Part shown: positions 39,311 to 51,950 of the stretch, in pieces
How the letters are laid out: each line of letters starts with the position of its first letter
Position numbering within the stretch: the first letter of the stretch is position 1
NCBI GenBank assembly: GCA_951406725.2
Contig: OX597814.1
Span: forward strand, 140,616,001-140,680,000
Length of the DNA stretch: 64,000 nt
Reading direction: 5' to 3'
Origin: Octopus vulgaris
Taxonomy: Eukaryota
Notes under the pieces: generated by a model
Told to the model about the DNA's origin: nothing
The model's input: only the letters and a program-made list of their open reading frames with translations
The model's database searches: none
Program-made: the position numbers and the translations under genes

Positions 39311-42300
39311 ACATCTGGACTGTTTGTTGTTTTGAAAGACTAGAAACAGGGAGGGCATCCAACCACAAAAAAAATCTGCCCCGAATTCCAACTAATCCAC
39401 GCAAGTATGGAAAGGATGATGGATGATACACATACACAAATTATGGGTGTGTGGTTAATAAGTTTACTTCCCAATTACAAGCTTGCTTGTTCCATCTCAA
39501 TGTATAACATCTTGGACAGGTGTCTTCTACAAATTCCTTTCAAGCATAGAAAAGTGGACACAAAAACAATATGTAAGCATGTGTGTGTGCACAAACACCA
39601 ACCATCTAAATTGGAAGGCATTTTAACAAGCTAAAATTATATATATTAATCTACATAATACCAAAGCTTGATATATATATATTTATATGCACACACACAT
39701 TTACACATTTATTCACACACGCATGTATATACATGGGCATACATATGCACAAATATATATGTGTGTGTGCACACACACACAAACATCCAATCATTTATAA
39801 ATATACATATCTTTTATCTTTTACTTGTTTCAGTCATTAGACTGTGACCATGCAAAGGCACTGTCATGAAATTTTGAATCAATCAATCCCAGTACTTTTT
39901 ATTTTAAAGCCTTGTACCTAATCCTGTCCGTCGTTTTCGTCAAACCACTCAGTGACAAGGACTTAAAAATGCCAACACTGGTTGTACAGTGGTGGAATGG
40001 GACAAAGACATATATCATCATAATTAACATCTGCCTTCCATGCATGCATAAGTAGGATGGTTCACAGGAGCCAGCCAGGTAGAACACAACCCCAGGCTAC
40101 TGTATCTCTTTTGGCAGGGTCTTTACAGCTGGATGTCCTAACACTGACCATTCCGCAGAGTGGACTCAGTGTTTTTTTACGTGGCACTAGCACAAGCAAG
40201 GTCGGTTTTGGCTGGATACCCTCCCAAATGCCAACCACTTTAGATCAGAGCATTGATGTGATTGTAGATTAAAGAAGATAGATAAACGGTCGCACTTGCT
40301 ATGGCATGCCCTCAAAATATGAAGGTCATAATATATGCAGTCAGGTATTGCCAAGGTGTGAGTAAGGAGTGGGAATTGCAGTGACTGGCAAAAACCTAGG
40401 TATAAAGATGGGGTGGGGAGAAAGCAGCAATACAGTGAGCAGGGCAGAGGGAGACAAATATAGATAAGATGAGCTTCTTCCAGTTTCTGCCTATCAAATC
40501 CACTTTCAACACTTTGGTCAGCTCAAGGCTATAGTTGAAGACATTTACCAGAACCATGTGGTTGGAAAGCAAGCATCTTACCACACCGTGGCAACTGTGT
40601 ATGGGTGTATATTCAAATACAGTTATATATCTAGAGCTATGAGGTCCTTAAAATCCTACTTAACACTTTTAGTACTGTTACCATGAGAGAATGTGTCCCA
40701 TACACCCTAGAGAGCGAGATATAGGAAAGGCATCCAGGTGTAGAAACAAAACCGAAATGATACAAGTGCCAGTCTAAGGGGAGTAAAGGCACCGAAAAAA
40801 GACATGCTGTGATAACCATATAAGTACAGAAAATGGACATAAAATATTTATGTAATATTCATACATGCATGATCATATGTGTGTGTGTATATATATACAT
40901 AGATGTTTTAAGCTGCATAGTAATATACACAACCAACCATAGCCCTCTCTCACAAGCACGTAGCATGAACCATGCGTATGTTAACTGCTTTAGCTGTCTG
41001 TCTAGTCACAAGCAGACATCCTATCAGCCCTGCCTCTACTCAACTAAGTGGAACATCTAGGTGAAGGCTTCTGACTGGTTACTACATTCTGTATAGCCAG
41101 GTAGTCACTGCTGAGAAAATTAGTCATAAATGGTTTCTCAGAGCCAAGCATGGTAGTGAAGTGATGCTGTAAGCAACAAATTTAATGACAAATTCAACAT
41201 GGAGGTAGGTGTCCATCAGGATTCAGTTGTTAGATCTCTCCTGCTAATAACAATTCTTCAGGCCAGAAGCTGACCACCACAGGTCCATTGAGCTCCAGTA
41301 TCCTGATGACATAAGTTCAATCACTGAATTTGAAATGATATTCAAAATGTGGAAGCAAAAGCCTCATAGAAAACCTTAACAAAAGCAAAAATATTGGTAA
41401 GATAAACAAGATTAAGACTACTTTCCAGCATACTCAAGTGCTCATTCTGAGTATACATAAAAGCATGAACTTTATATCAAATGTAAATTATGAAATTTTA
41501 GTTTACAGGAGAAATTTAGCCTTCATAAAACTGATAAAAATCGAAGAGAACTATCAAACTCATTTTTGAAGATTGTAGATGGACTGACAGATATCCTATC
41601 CCAATTAGTTCATTAGTGTAATTAATTAGCTTGGTAAACACCTGTCCTCTTACTCTGTAACTCAAAATTAATGTCTCTTTCTGCCTTGTACCATGGGATC
41701 AGCATCATACTAAGCACTCTCCACACCTGCTGCAAGAGAGTTTCAAGATATGAGGGCTACCTGATAAACCTGTGCCTCACCCAACAGAAGGGTGACCCTG
41801 AGGCCATAGTGAAAGTAGCTTGTTTAGTTGGGCAATCCAAACAAGCCCAATAGTTTACTAACTGGGAATTGCTGTAACTAGAGAGATGAGGAATCCACAA
41901 ACCTTTCCAAGAGATAACAAATGCAGAGAAATATAAGGACTGTCTTTTTAGTGACATGAAATGCATCAATCTAAAGTGATGATAGAACATACCTATAAAT
42001 CCATGTCAAAATCACAAGTCACAAATATAATGAAACAATTCTAATTGCATTAAAAGGGCTGATGCAAAAGTTAGTGTTGCACATGGTAACAGTAGAAACA
42101 CCAGGCTATGTGTGAAAATACCGTGACAGTACACAAACAATTGTATCAACTCTTTTCTTTTACGAATAGGAAACAGACATCAACCTACATGCTTCTGAAA
42201 AATCCCTTCCCTTCAAGTCTGAAATTTCAAGGTTACCAGCAACAATGGTGGTATGATGATAGGTAGATATGGACAGTGAAGAAAAGATATAATTGTGTTG

Positions 42301-42619
42301 ATATTTGTGTGCTGTGTACACAACTGAAGAGATGCTTGGCCAGATTCCTCATAGGCAAGCCACCTGATCATGTAATCAAGTGAAGTCTGAAGACAAATTT
42401 CCTTGATATTCATAAGGAAACAAGGACCGATGATAAGTATTGCACATAGTAACAGTAGAACTAACTGGCCATGTATGAGAATACCTCAACAGTCAGCAAA
42501 CATCCTTTGTGAAAGATGTACTAGTTAACATTACTAGCATAACCTCAGAGCTAAACAGACCTAGAAAATCAAGACAATCTGAAAGAGGAAGGTGTATAAG
42601 CTAAAGAAATCTTTCATAG

Positions 42620-43420
42620 ATGGACATCTGGTATACATAGCACACAGCGAAGTTAAAAGAGAAAAATTTACCAATGCTCTGCAACAAAGTGTCCCCGACT
42701 ACAAAGCAGTGTGTTAGTGTGTGTCAAGAAATTGTGGAGAATTGTATGAAATGATTAATGTGGCACTTACCCTCGTGTTAAGGGACTTGGAAATATTTTA
42801 AGAGGGTGCTGAACAAGAATGCATGGAAGGGAGATGGACTATACATGTAGATTCAAGCGAGATACCAGTTAAAGAAGCTGACAGCTATTTAGTTGAATGT
42901 ATTAAAGAAATGATGGCAAGGAAAGCAGCTGGACCATCAGAAATATTAGTCACAATTATCTTGCCAAATAAGATGTGCTAATCAGTCACATAGTGAATCA
43001 AGTAGTGGTGAGGTATCATACCAAATGACTGGCATAGATTACAAACTGCTAGATACTCTACAAGAAACAGGTTGATGAGCCAACAAGTTGATGGACCAAA
43101 TTATTAAAGCAACAGAAGGATTTATAAACATGATTGATTAGAAAGAGAGAGTAGATGAGAAACAGTTCAAGAGACAAAAGATCAGGGAGCTTTGCTCGCA
43201 ACAAAAGGATATTAGCATGCAAAAGAAAACTGTAAATATGGACAGGGAGGATGACAATTGGTTAAGTGTTCCAAAATGAAAGGAACCAACCCACCCAAAC
43301 GGAAAACCAAAGTAGATATGGTTAAAGATAATCTCCAGAAACTTAACCCTACAGGGGTAATGACAACAGACCTAACAAGTAGCGAGATGCTGTATGGAGA
43401 AAAGACTACCCAACAAGTGT
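42620..43420 (+). mobile_element. RTE-clade LINE remnant (reverse transcriptase N-terminal region and 3' end)
   Basis: Translatable fragments KAAGPS (KAxGxDG motif), IPNDW, KLMDQIIK and VDEKQF in the expected order, with stops. Confidence 0.6.
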
Positions 43421-44829
43421 GACCATTGTGGGAGAGTATTTAAAACAGTTAATGTGGTAGCCATTACAGATACTATAATAATAGTTGGCATATATAACAC
43501 AACATGATTAACTTTCCACATCCTAGAGAGCCTTCAAATGTATTTTTTAACAAGAAGCCCAACCATGGACAATCACACTGCTGTAAGAAAATTATAAATT
43601 AAAATAACTTTATTTTTCTTTTTGTGTACACTACACTTCCATATAATACTCTTTATTCCATGCTAACAAGAAAGTGAACGCCTACATATCCAGATAGAGA
43701 CTAATTGTGAAGATCTGTTGAAGTTCAATTAGTGTTAAACTTCTTTTCAACCATGTAAATCATGTCTGACTGTTACTTTTGAGTTATTCAGCTTATCAAA
43801 TGTGATATGCATGAAGCTTGTTGAATTAATTCACATATGAATAGCTAATACGAGAAAGGACAACCCAACAGACAATTCATGAAAATACAAAGCCTAAAAA
43901 ACAAAGAAAACTCCATTATATTACCAGGCATTGTGGTAATATTTTAGACCCATTTATAACATTTCACATGTAATAAAAAGTTGGGTTATTTATAATAAAA
44001 AATATTACGCATGCTGTATAACAGATGTATAGTTAAGAAGCTCACTTCACAACCATACAAATAGATTCAATCCCATAGCAAGGCACTTTGAGCAAGTGTC
44101 TTCCACCACAGATTTGGTTCAACTAAAGCTTTGCAAAAGGAATTTGGTACACATAATCTGTGTGGAAATGTGTTCTGGTAACCATTTATATTCTTGGGTA
44201 GTAGACTTAATATGTCATCAATCTAATATCCCCATTTGGTACTGGGGTGCCTTCAGCAAGGTTCATCACTCTCATAAGCATTTGGGCTAGGTCTCAAATC
44301 AAAGACAAAGTACTTTGAGGGAGCTGTCCTTCCTTTATATGCAATATATAATATACACCTATGAAATGTTAAACATTGATATTTACAACTCATTCATAAA
44401 TGAATCCTGTTAATTCTCTCCTGAAACCCTCTTAATTACAGCTGAAACTTGTTAACACCAAGTATTAATTGTATCCATCAGTTATAACATTTTGACATCA
44501 GAAAGACGGATTATTTTGGTGTTTTCAGTTAACCAGTAGGTTAAACAATAGCATATTTGAAATTGACAAATAATTTTATTTGAATCCACTGTACATTAAA
44601 AATTTAATATTTTCAATACAGAAAACTCAGATGACCCTCAATTTTCCCAAGCAATTTTGACAGTCTTCCATGTCAATAGAAACAAGTATCAGTCACGGAA
44701 GGCTGGATTAAACTATAATCAATGTAGTCATGCTAGAATACCACCCTTGAAGGTGGTCCACTAGCATGACTACAGTTCAATAATGAAAACCAATAAAGGA
44801 GTACATGAATTGAAAGAATTTCAACTTAC

Positions 44830-44886
44830 CGAAGATGGTGCAAGTTGCAGCTCAGCTCCACCACTATTTCCTCGGTCAGACGTCAT
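44830..44886 (-). CDS. LARP4: LARP4-family gene, first clearly coding exon (MTSDRGNSGGAELQLAPSS); the whole exon is 44830-44927
   Basis: Acceptor tttttattgctag before 44927, ATG at 44886, donor TCG|gtaagt in phase 0 joining the PAM2 exon. The MTSD start resembles the vertebrate LARP4B N-terminus. Confidence 0.85.
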
Positions 44887-45282
44887 CAGGCCAGCTGAGC
44901 CACAGGCTCCGGCACTGTCAGAACCAACTAGCAATAAAAAGAAAAACTACATATAGTATACCCTAATTATGTTTTTTAACCCTAAAACTGTATTTCAAAG
45001 AAAAAAATCAATAATACATATTAGAGGGGAAGGTCGTAAAACATTTTAGAATCAATCCCAACATTTGAGTTTGTGTAACAAGTAAATATTTCCTAGTTTT
45101 TCATTTTGTACAAAAAGTTGATTAATGTTCCCTAAAATTAACTATTTTGGCACCTCTACCAACATTGATAATGTATCTAAAATACACATTGCTGACATAC
45201 TGCATTACAAATATGAACCCAGTCAGTCTGTTAGGAAGACTTTAATACTTTATAAACTTGCTGCACTACAAATAGAATATAT

Positions 45283-45888
45283 ATTAAGCAAACATCACAC
45301 TTCAATGTTGAGTTTGAATGCCTTTGCCATGATTTCTCCCACTGACAATTATAAAAAGAATAAACAGAGATAATGAAAAAAATTATTTGTAAAGCATTTT
45401 CTCATCCTAACTTCATGTTAAAAAATAATCAAACTATATTGTAAAGACAATAGATTTGTCAATGAAAGACTTGGCTTCTACATACATTAAACTTAGTTTT
45501 ATTCATTACCACTATGCATTATAGACCAAAAGTGAAGATTGTTTACTGTATGTCATTATATATACTGATAATTACCAGTTTAGCAATGCAAAGATACAAC
45601 AGGAACTGATAAGATAGACTGCTTCACTGATAAAGTTACCTAAATTTATGAAAGTATTGTTTATAAATATATGACAATGTTAAAACTAACATAAGATTTT
45701 GAAATGTATTTTTACAGCCATCATTATCATTTAACATTCCATGCAGGAGTTCAGTAGGATTAAGCAAACATCACACTTCAATGTTGAGTTTGAATGCCTT
45801 TGCCATGATTTCTCCCACTGACAATTATAAAAAGAATAAACAGAGATAATGAAAAAAATTATTTGTAAAGCATTTTCTCATCCTAACT
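45283..45888. repeat. Exact 130-bp direct repeat (45283-45412 and 45759-45888)
   Basis: attaagcaaacatcacacttc...ttttctcatcctaact is identical by eye in both copies, offset 476 bp. Confidence 0.92.
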
Positions 45889-48800
45889 GTCTGCTTTGGC
45901 ATAGTTTCTACAACTGGATGCCCTTCCTAATGCCAACCACTTTCCCGAGTATAATTTATGTGACACCAGCATTAGTGAGGTCACTAATACAAAAAGAAAT
46001 TCATTACACAGATTGGAAACAGCTTTGCCCACAATTCCTAAAACTAGATTTCTGTACCTTTGAATTTTTGAAAATTTTAAGCCCAATGCAACCACAAATT
46101 GATTTGGAACCAGCCCGATCCTACCTCTCACATCATCAAAATCTTGAAGCTACAAGATAATGCATGATTAATTCAAAACAATGTGACAATATAAGAATTA
46201 TATTTGACAGAGTAATCTGAATGCTAAAGGGTTAAGCAATGTCATAAACAGGATATTTTGGTTTCTTGATTGTTCTAGCATCAATTCTTATGCATACTTA
46301 CATACAAAATGCTAAAAGTTCAAAGAAAAATTAAGGATGGAATTCAGACGCAGACAAAAGTTTGGTGAATTTAGATTGGTTTTGACATTTTTGTCTAACA
46401 CTTTCAGATTCACCACAAATCTATTAATGCACGCGGAGTTGAAATCATCAGGATTGGCATTAAATGCAATAGGATCATGATGTTTCAGGTAGTTGTCATG
46501 TGTTTGTTCTCAGCCCAAGTTGTTCACTTGTATTTAAAAAAAAAAATCAATCATGTTATTAAACAAAGTCTGAAGGTAAAAATTGAGGACACTAAATGTG
46601 CAACCAAAATTGCCTTGCACAATAAATTTTAGTTGGGTTTACATTTTAAACAATAACAACTAGCTAGGTTAGAAAAGTCCAATCATTCGAAGACCAATGG
46701 ATATATTATTTGAACTGGAAATCAGTACAAGACTTGTCTTGATAACCTTCATCTAGCCTACAATTATCTACTAGTGATAACATCAAACAAAATCAAATAA
46801 ACAGCATAATAAAAGTTTCCGAAAGCATGGTCAAGCCAGTGAAATATCACTTTTAACAGTGGTTTTGCAATGCAGCTTGTTTGATGGCCAAACATCAATA
46901 TCTGGCCAAGGAGTTAAACAAGCAATATTTTTTATGGTCTAACAGGAGGAGGAAAAAAAATCAGCTTACTGGAGGTAATTCCATGGAGCAAAGTAGAACC
47001 AGAAATCATAATGTCAGAACAAAAATATCAAGGATACAGTTACTAATAAAGATTACACCACCACAACCAAGTGCATATTTGCAAAAAGATCTAAAATTAC
47101 TGATATTATTATTGTGCAAAAAACAAGCTTGAGACAAGCTGAAGAGTTATCAGAAAAATTTATTGTACAGCCAAAAAGAATTTCTTAGAAGTGATATCAG
47201 ATATATGTCCCAGCAGTAAACATTTGTGATAAGCTATTCTGAATATATATTAGCCAAAAATCATGAACTAACTGAATGAAAATAAGAATTTATAATGACT
47301 GCAAAACAAGTTCATTTGTCAGCTCTGATCAGGAAGGCCATTAAAAACAAGCATCTAATTAAAGTACAAAATATACTGCCACTGGACCAGTGTGTTGTAT
47401 CCAGATTTATTTACTTAGCTTTGCTATAACTATTCAATCATGTTTGAGAACTCAAGAATTGTGATTCTGAACACCTGAGATATTAAATCTGTTCCTTCAT
47501 GAACTTACACAAAACAAGTTTCATATTCAGGGTTTAAATCAAACATACGCAAAAATCAAGATTTAAAGGCTGTGATCCTATAAATCAATCAAGTACAAGT
47601 AATCCCTATTCTAGCCTTTTACTTGACACAGCTAATAGTTTACAGATGAGATCACAACTTGTAAAATATTGTTGGCTGTACTTGTACTAAAATGATAGTG
47701 ACATTTTCTAAGGTAACAACCACATAGGAGAGGTCACACAAGTCGCAATGATAATAGGAGACTCCAAATAAGAACAGATAACATTAACAGATTAAAATGC
47801 ACCCAGTTTACATTGTAAAAATCTTTGGTGAGGACATCCACCTTTAAAAACTGGCACACAGTTGGTAAAATGTCCAACTTACGCCAGCATTAAAAAAATA
47901 CACACAGAAATAAATCATTTCATAAAAGTAGTTGTCAAAACTGTGTATAGATTTAGTTTAGAAAACACCCTATGTGATTAATAATAGAATTGAAGAACAT
48001 CTGGCCATTATTTCATTCTAAGTCTAATCCTCCTTATGAATGACAATTCATTCCAAATACCCACCAAAAACAAAGAAATCCCGTCTTGCATCATTCATTG
48101 CATCTGCTAAAAAATACTAATCTAGAGTTTTCATTCTCTTGCCACCATGTTTTGGTCAATCAGTTTGTTTACCTTCTACCTAAAACTTTCCTGCACTCCA
48201 TCCACCCTTAAACATCTTTCCTGCGAAACACTAATATAGATCAATGAAAAAGGTGGTTACTCAACCTGCAACAATGAGCAGCCAAATTATCCCTCAAACC
48301 AAACCTTACCATATTAAAAAAAAAAGAGGAAAGGGTATATAGGATAACAAACACAGCCCTAGACATACTATGTTTGAAGAAGGAAAAGACATGACTGGAC
48401 CTAAAACTAAATCAGTCCTGACCCCACTTAGACATGGTTCAATCCCACCTTCCTGGATCTCAGTCAATCATTAAGTTGCAATATAAGAATTACAACTATG
48501 GAACCTTAACTTACATTAATCTAACATTAATGCATGTTTTCAGATTATTTTTTTCTTTTATTCATGTGACAAATTACTCTATCAATTCATATTTTATAAC
48601 ACTGTAAAATGCTTTTCAAAATAATTTATATTTTCAAACGTTATGGTTAAAAGTAATTAGCCTTACTGATTTACAAAGTTATCAAAAAACATCAATGACT
48701 TCAATTTGTTTGATCTGATGGCCTATTTCCTCTTTTGTAAGCACAAAGCTTCCATCTATTCCAATTATGATTACATAGTCATCCAGTTTCTCTATTTGCC

Positions 48801-49701
48801 AGATTAGCAAATTAATCTCATAACCAGCATTGGATCCCTGTTTGAGAGCATCAACCATAAAAGATTTGTTCATTACCATTGTCAGAATTCTCTGGGTATC
48901 ACTACGGCCATCAATTAACGTCAGTTTTCCATGCTGGCATGAGTTGGACGACTTGACAGGAGCTGGCAAGCCATAGGACTACATCAAGCTCCAGAGTCAG
49001 CTTTGACAGAATTTTTATGGCCTGATGCCCTTCCTAATGCCAAGCTGAAGACTTTTCCAGAACAGTACATACTAATATGATAATGTTTATTTCAGATCTC
49101 TGTGCATGGAATGAGGGAAACTATAAATTATAAAAAAATTTTACTTATTTTAGTTGAACATAGTAAAACAAACATTAACAAATCAACAGAGCCAAAAATT
49201 CCATACACTCCAGAGACATGTTTAACATGGGCTTCAAATTGTTTACAAGTCAGTTAAAATAAGAATGTAGTTTTGATATATAATAAATTTAGAATATAGG
49301 AAATGTGTAAAGTATTTTATAAACTCCTTTAAAATAGCATCCGATTTTAGAATTTCAAATAATTTATTGCATGCTATCAGAATTACGAAAGTAAAATTTG
49401 GGACAGACAGATCAATTAGTAAAACATTCTAGAGTTTACTTGAAAACCGATTACCTAAAAATATTTTCCAATCTTGAATGAATACTTATTGATTTTCCTT
49501 CTAGAGTTTAGATCTTTCTTAAGAAAATAGAGTTTTAAACATATTTAAACTAAGTCAATGCATATCCTAAATACCAATTAGTCACTACAAAAAAAAACAT
49601 TTCACATTTAAGAATCCTAATAGCTCAAACGATATCAACTCCCGATCATACGTTTAAACCGATCGACCATGATGTCATTCACTCCGTAAGACATCACTTA
49701 C

Positions 49702-49765
49702 ACAAGCTCGTAATTTTAATTGAAAATAGGGACCAATACTATTGTTTAATCTGCAAGGCGTTCGC
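49702..49765 (-). other. Candidate 64-nt 5'UTR exon of LARP4
   Basis: Strong acceptor ttttcttttttag and donor T|gtaagt, no ATG, located between the promoter exon and the ATG exon. Confidence 0.5.
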
Positions 49766-51760
49766 CTAAAAAAGAAAAACCAGGCCTCTAACTTTGCAGA
49801 TACATAAACCCATCAATAGAATAAAATAATGCAAACCCGTTACTATTTTAGACTCAGGTATTTATAAACCAAAAGACAGTTCATTTATACTAATTTAGTT
49901 ACATCATGTTATTCCTTTTAACTTTTTTTTTAAACTGATTTATTCGACAAACATTCTATAACAAGGAATCATTTTACATACAATTAAAGATTTTTCTTTC
50001 AGTTTAAAGATAATAGCTAAACTTTATCCTTTTTTTTAATTTATTTCTAGGGGAGATAATTTGAAAGTATGTTTCGAACTACTACAACAAAGCATCGGAC
50101 AATATTAATAAATGTACTAAATTAACAACTGTTTAGAAAAATAAACATAACAGTCTAATATTATTTGTATATTTTATAAATACCCCAATAAAATAACTGA
50201 ATTATCAAATAGTCATGCCCTGTCAAATAAGAAGCATAAAGATATTCAACTCCACACGTGTAGTAAAACAACCAACGTTAGAGCCTCTTTTACATGGTCA
50301 CTCAACCTACTAGAAACAACAGCCAAATCTCATTCGTACTGAAAATGGAAGGATATATTTGATAACGTAATCCTAGATATGCAATGCCCCAGAGATAGAC
50401 GGAGTGATAACGAAGATTTTGATAATGTTCCACATCAGTCAAGATGACCTGGGGCTGAACAACTAGTGTAGAATATAATTGACACAAAGCAATTTTGTTT
50501 CACCAAGTCAAATATTTTACAACTTCTTAGTCTGTCGTGTAATGAACTAAGATTGTAATTTTCAACTCTGAAAATTTACGTAAACAGTAGTCATTAGGAA
50601 CAATGAGTCATTCGCCTGTAAAATATAAATGAAAACAGTATGGATGCCTAAGGTACGGAAGCTTAGTGGTTACATTAAGAAGCACACAGATTTAATACAA
50701 TATCGTAGGTTGTTACTTTCAAAATATGCGGAAGGAGATTTATAAATTCATAAAGAATTCACAACAAATGATTGAATTGAAACTAAATTAATTCCTGAAA
50801 AAATCTGTCGTACAACAATATGGCTACTAAACAATACTGCACAATGTTTTAACTTGATACGCAAACTGATTTTAACAATCACGAGAAATGAACTTGTAGT
50901 TGACAAATTAAACTGTTGTTTCTGATAGCCTCTTGACTAATTAAAGATGCTAAACATTTAGTTCTAGAGAAATCTCAGCTGTTAAAAGCTACTGAGACGA
51001 CATTTGGTAATGATGGTGGCAGTTGTAATAACGTAGGTCGGAAACATACTGTGTCTATTGACCAGCATATATACTAATTAGTAACGTATAATTAAGAATC
51101 TAAATAGCACATTTTTCAAGCTGGAAATTTACTAACAGTAAAACATTTCCAGATAATTTATCCCTCTCTCACTCCTTTTATCTTTGCAGTACTAGGTGGT
51201 GTTAAGATCATGTCTGTTCCTATGTGTATGTACGTACAATATGGTTGAAAAGTGGAGGATCATTTGAAGAAATGTAGGGAGAAGAAAATATTGCTCCAAG
51301 TTTCGTCGGCCATAATTAAAAGTGAAAATATAGAGAAACATTCGGCAAGAGGAACGTTACATTACAAAAGATTTAACAGAGTAGGTAGTTACATTGTGTG
51401 GCATGTATACACTAATTTCGTGATTCCCGGAGCATAAGGACCGAGAAGTTCACGGTGATAATGCATGTATGTTTATAGAGCAATATTCTGCGCTAAATTT
51501 ATTATAGTACGAACATTTGGACATAATAAATAAATTATGAAGAATAAAACGAAAAGAAAATTCGAGTTATTTTATGAAAGAAGATCAAATATCCAACTCG
51601 AGGCTGATGCTGCAATTATGAAAGATGTCTGGGCTTGCTTGAGTAATAAGTGTGATTATCAAGTGTGCTACCATAGTAAATACAAATAAAAACAATAATT
51701 AACTTTACTGAGATGAAATGAGAGAAAGCACAAGCCTGCATATAAGTTAGTTTTACTTAC

Positions 51761-51950
51761 GTGCGTTCGAAGAGGTAAAGAGAGGTTTGCAAAAGGAAAA
51801 AAGCACGACGTTGTCGGCTGAAACGGTCAGAAGTAGAGGGAGGAGAGAAGATATGTAGTGGGAGGTTGAGCAAATAAGGTAGTAGTAACTGAGAGGAACT
51901 GACCTCCCCTTCCTCCCACTCGCGCCGGGAAGGAAGCCGCCATCTTGATC
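51761..51950 (-). promoter_or_regulatory. Probable core promoter and non-coding first exon of LARP4
   Basis: Local GC/CpG-rich island. YY1/TISU-type AAGATGGCGGC at 51936-51946(-), two TCAGTT Inr-like motifs at about 51886-51902, a pyrimidine-rich leader and a perfect C|gtaagt donor after 51761. Confidence 0.7.

Noticed and set aside
45283-45888. 130-bp direct repeats as the LTRs of a TRIM element
   Set aside because: No TG...CA termini, primer-binding site, polypurine tract or TSD, and the second copy interrupts a SINE.
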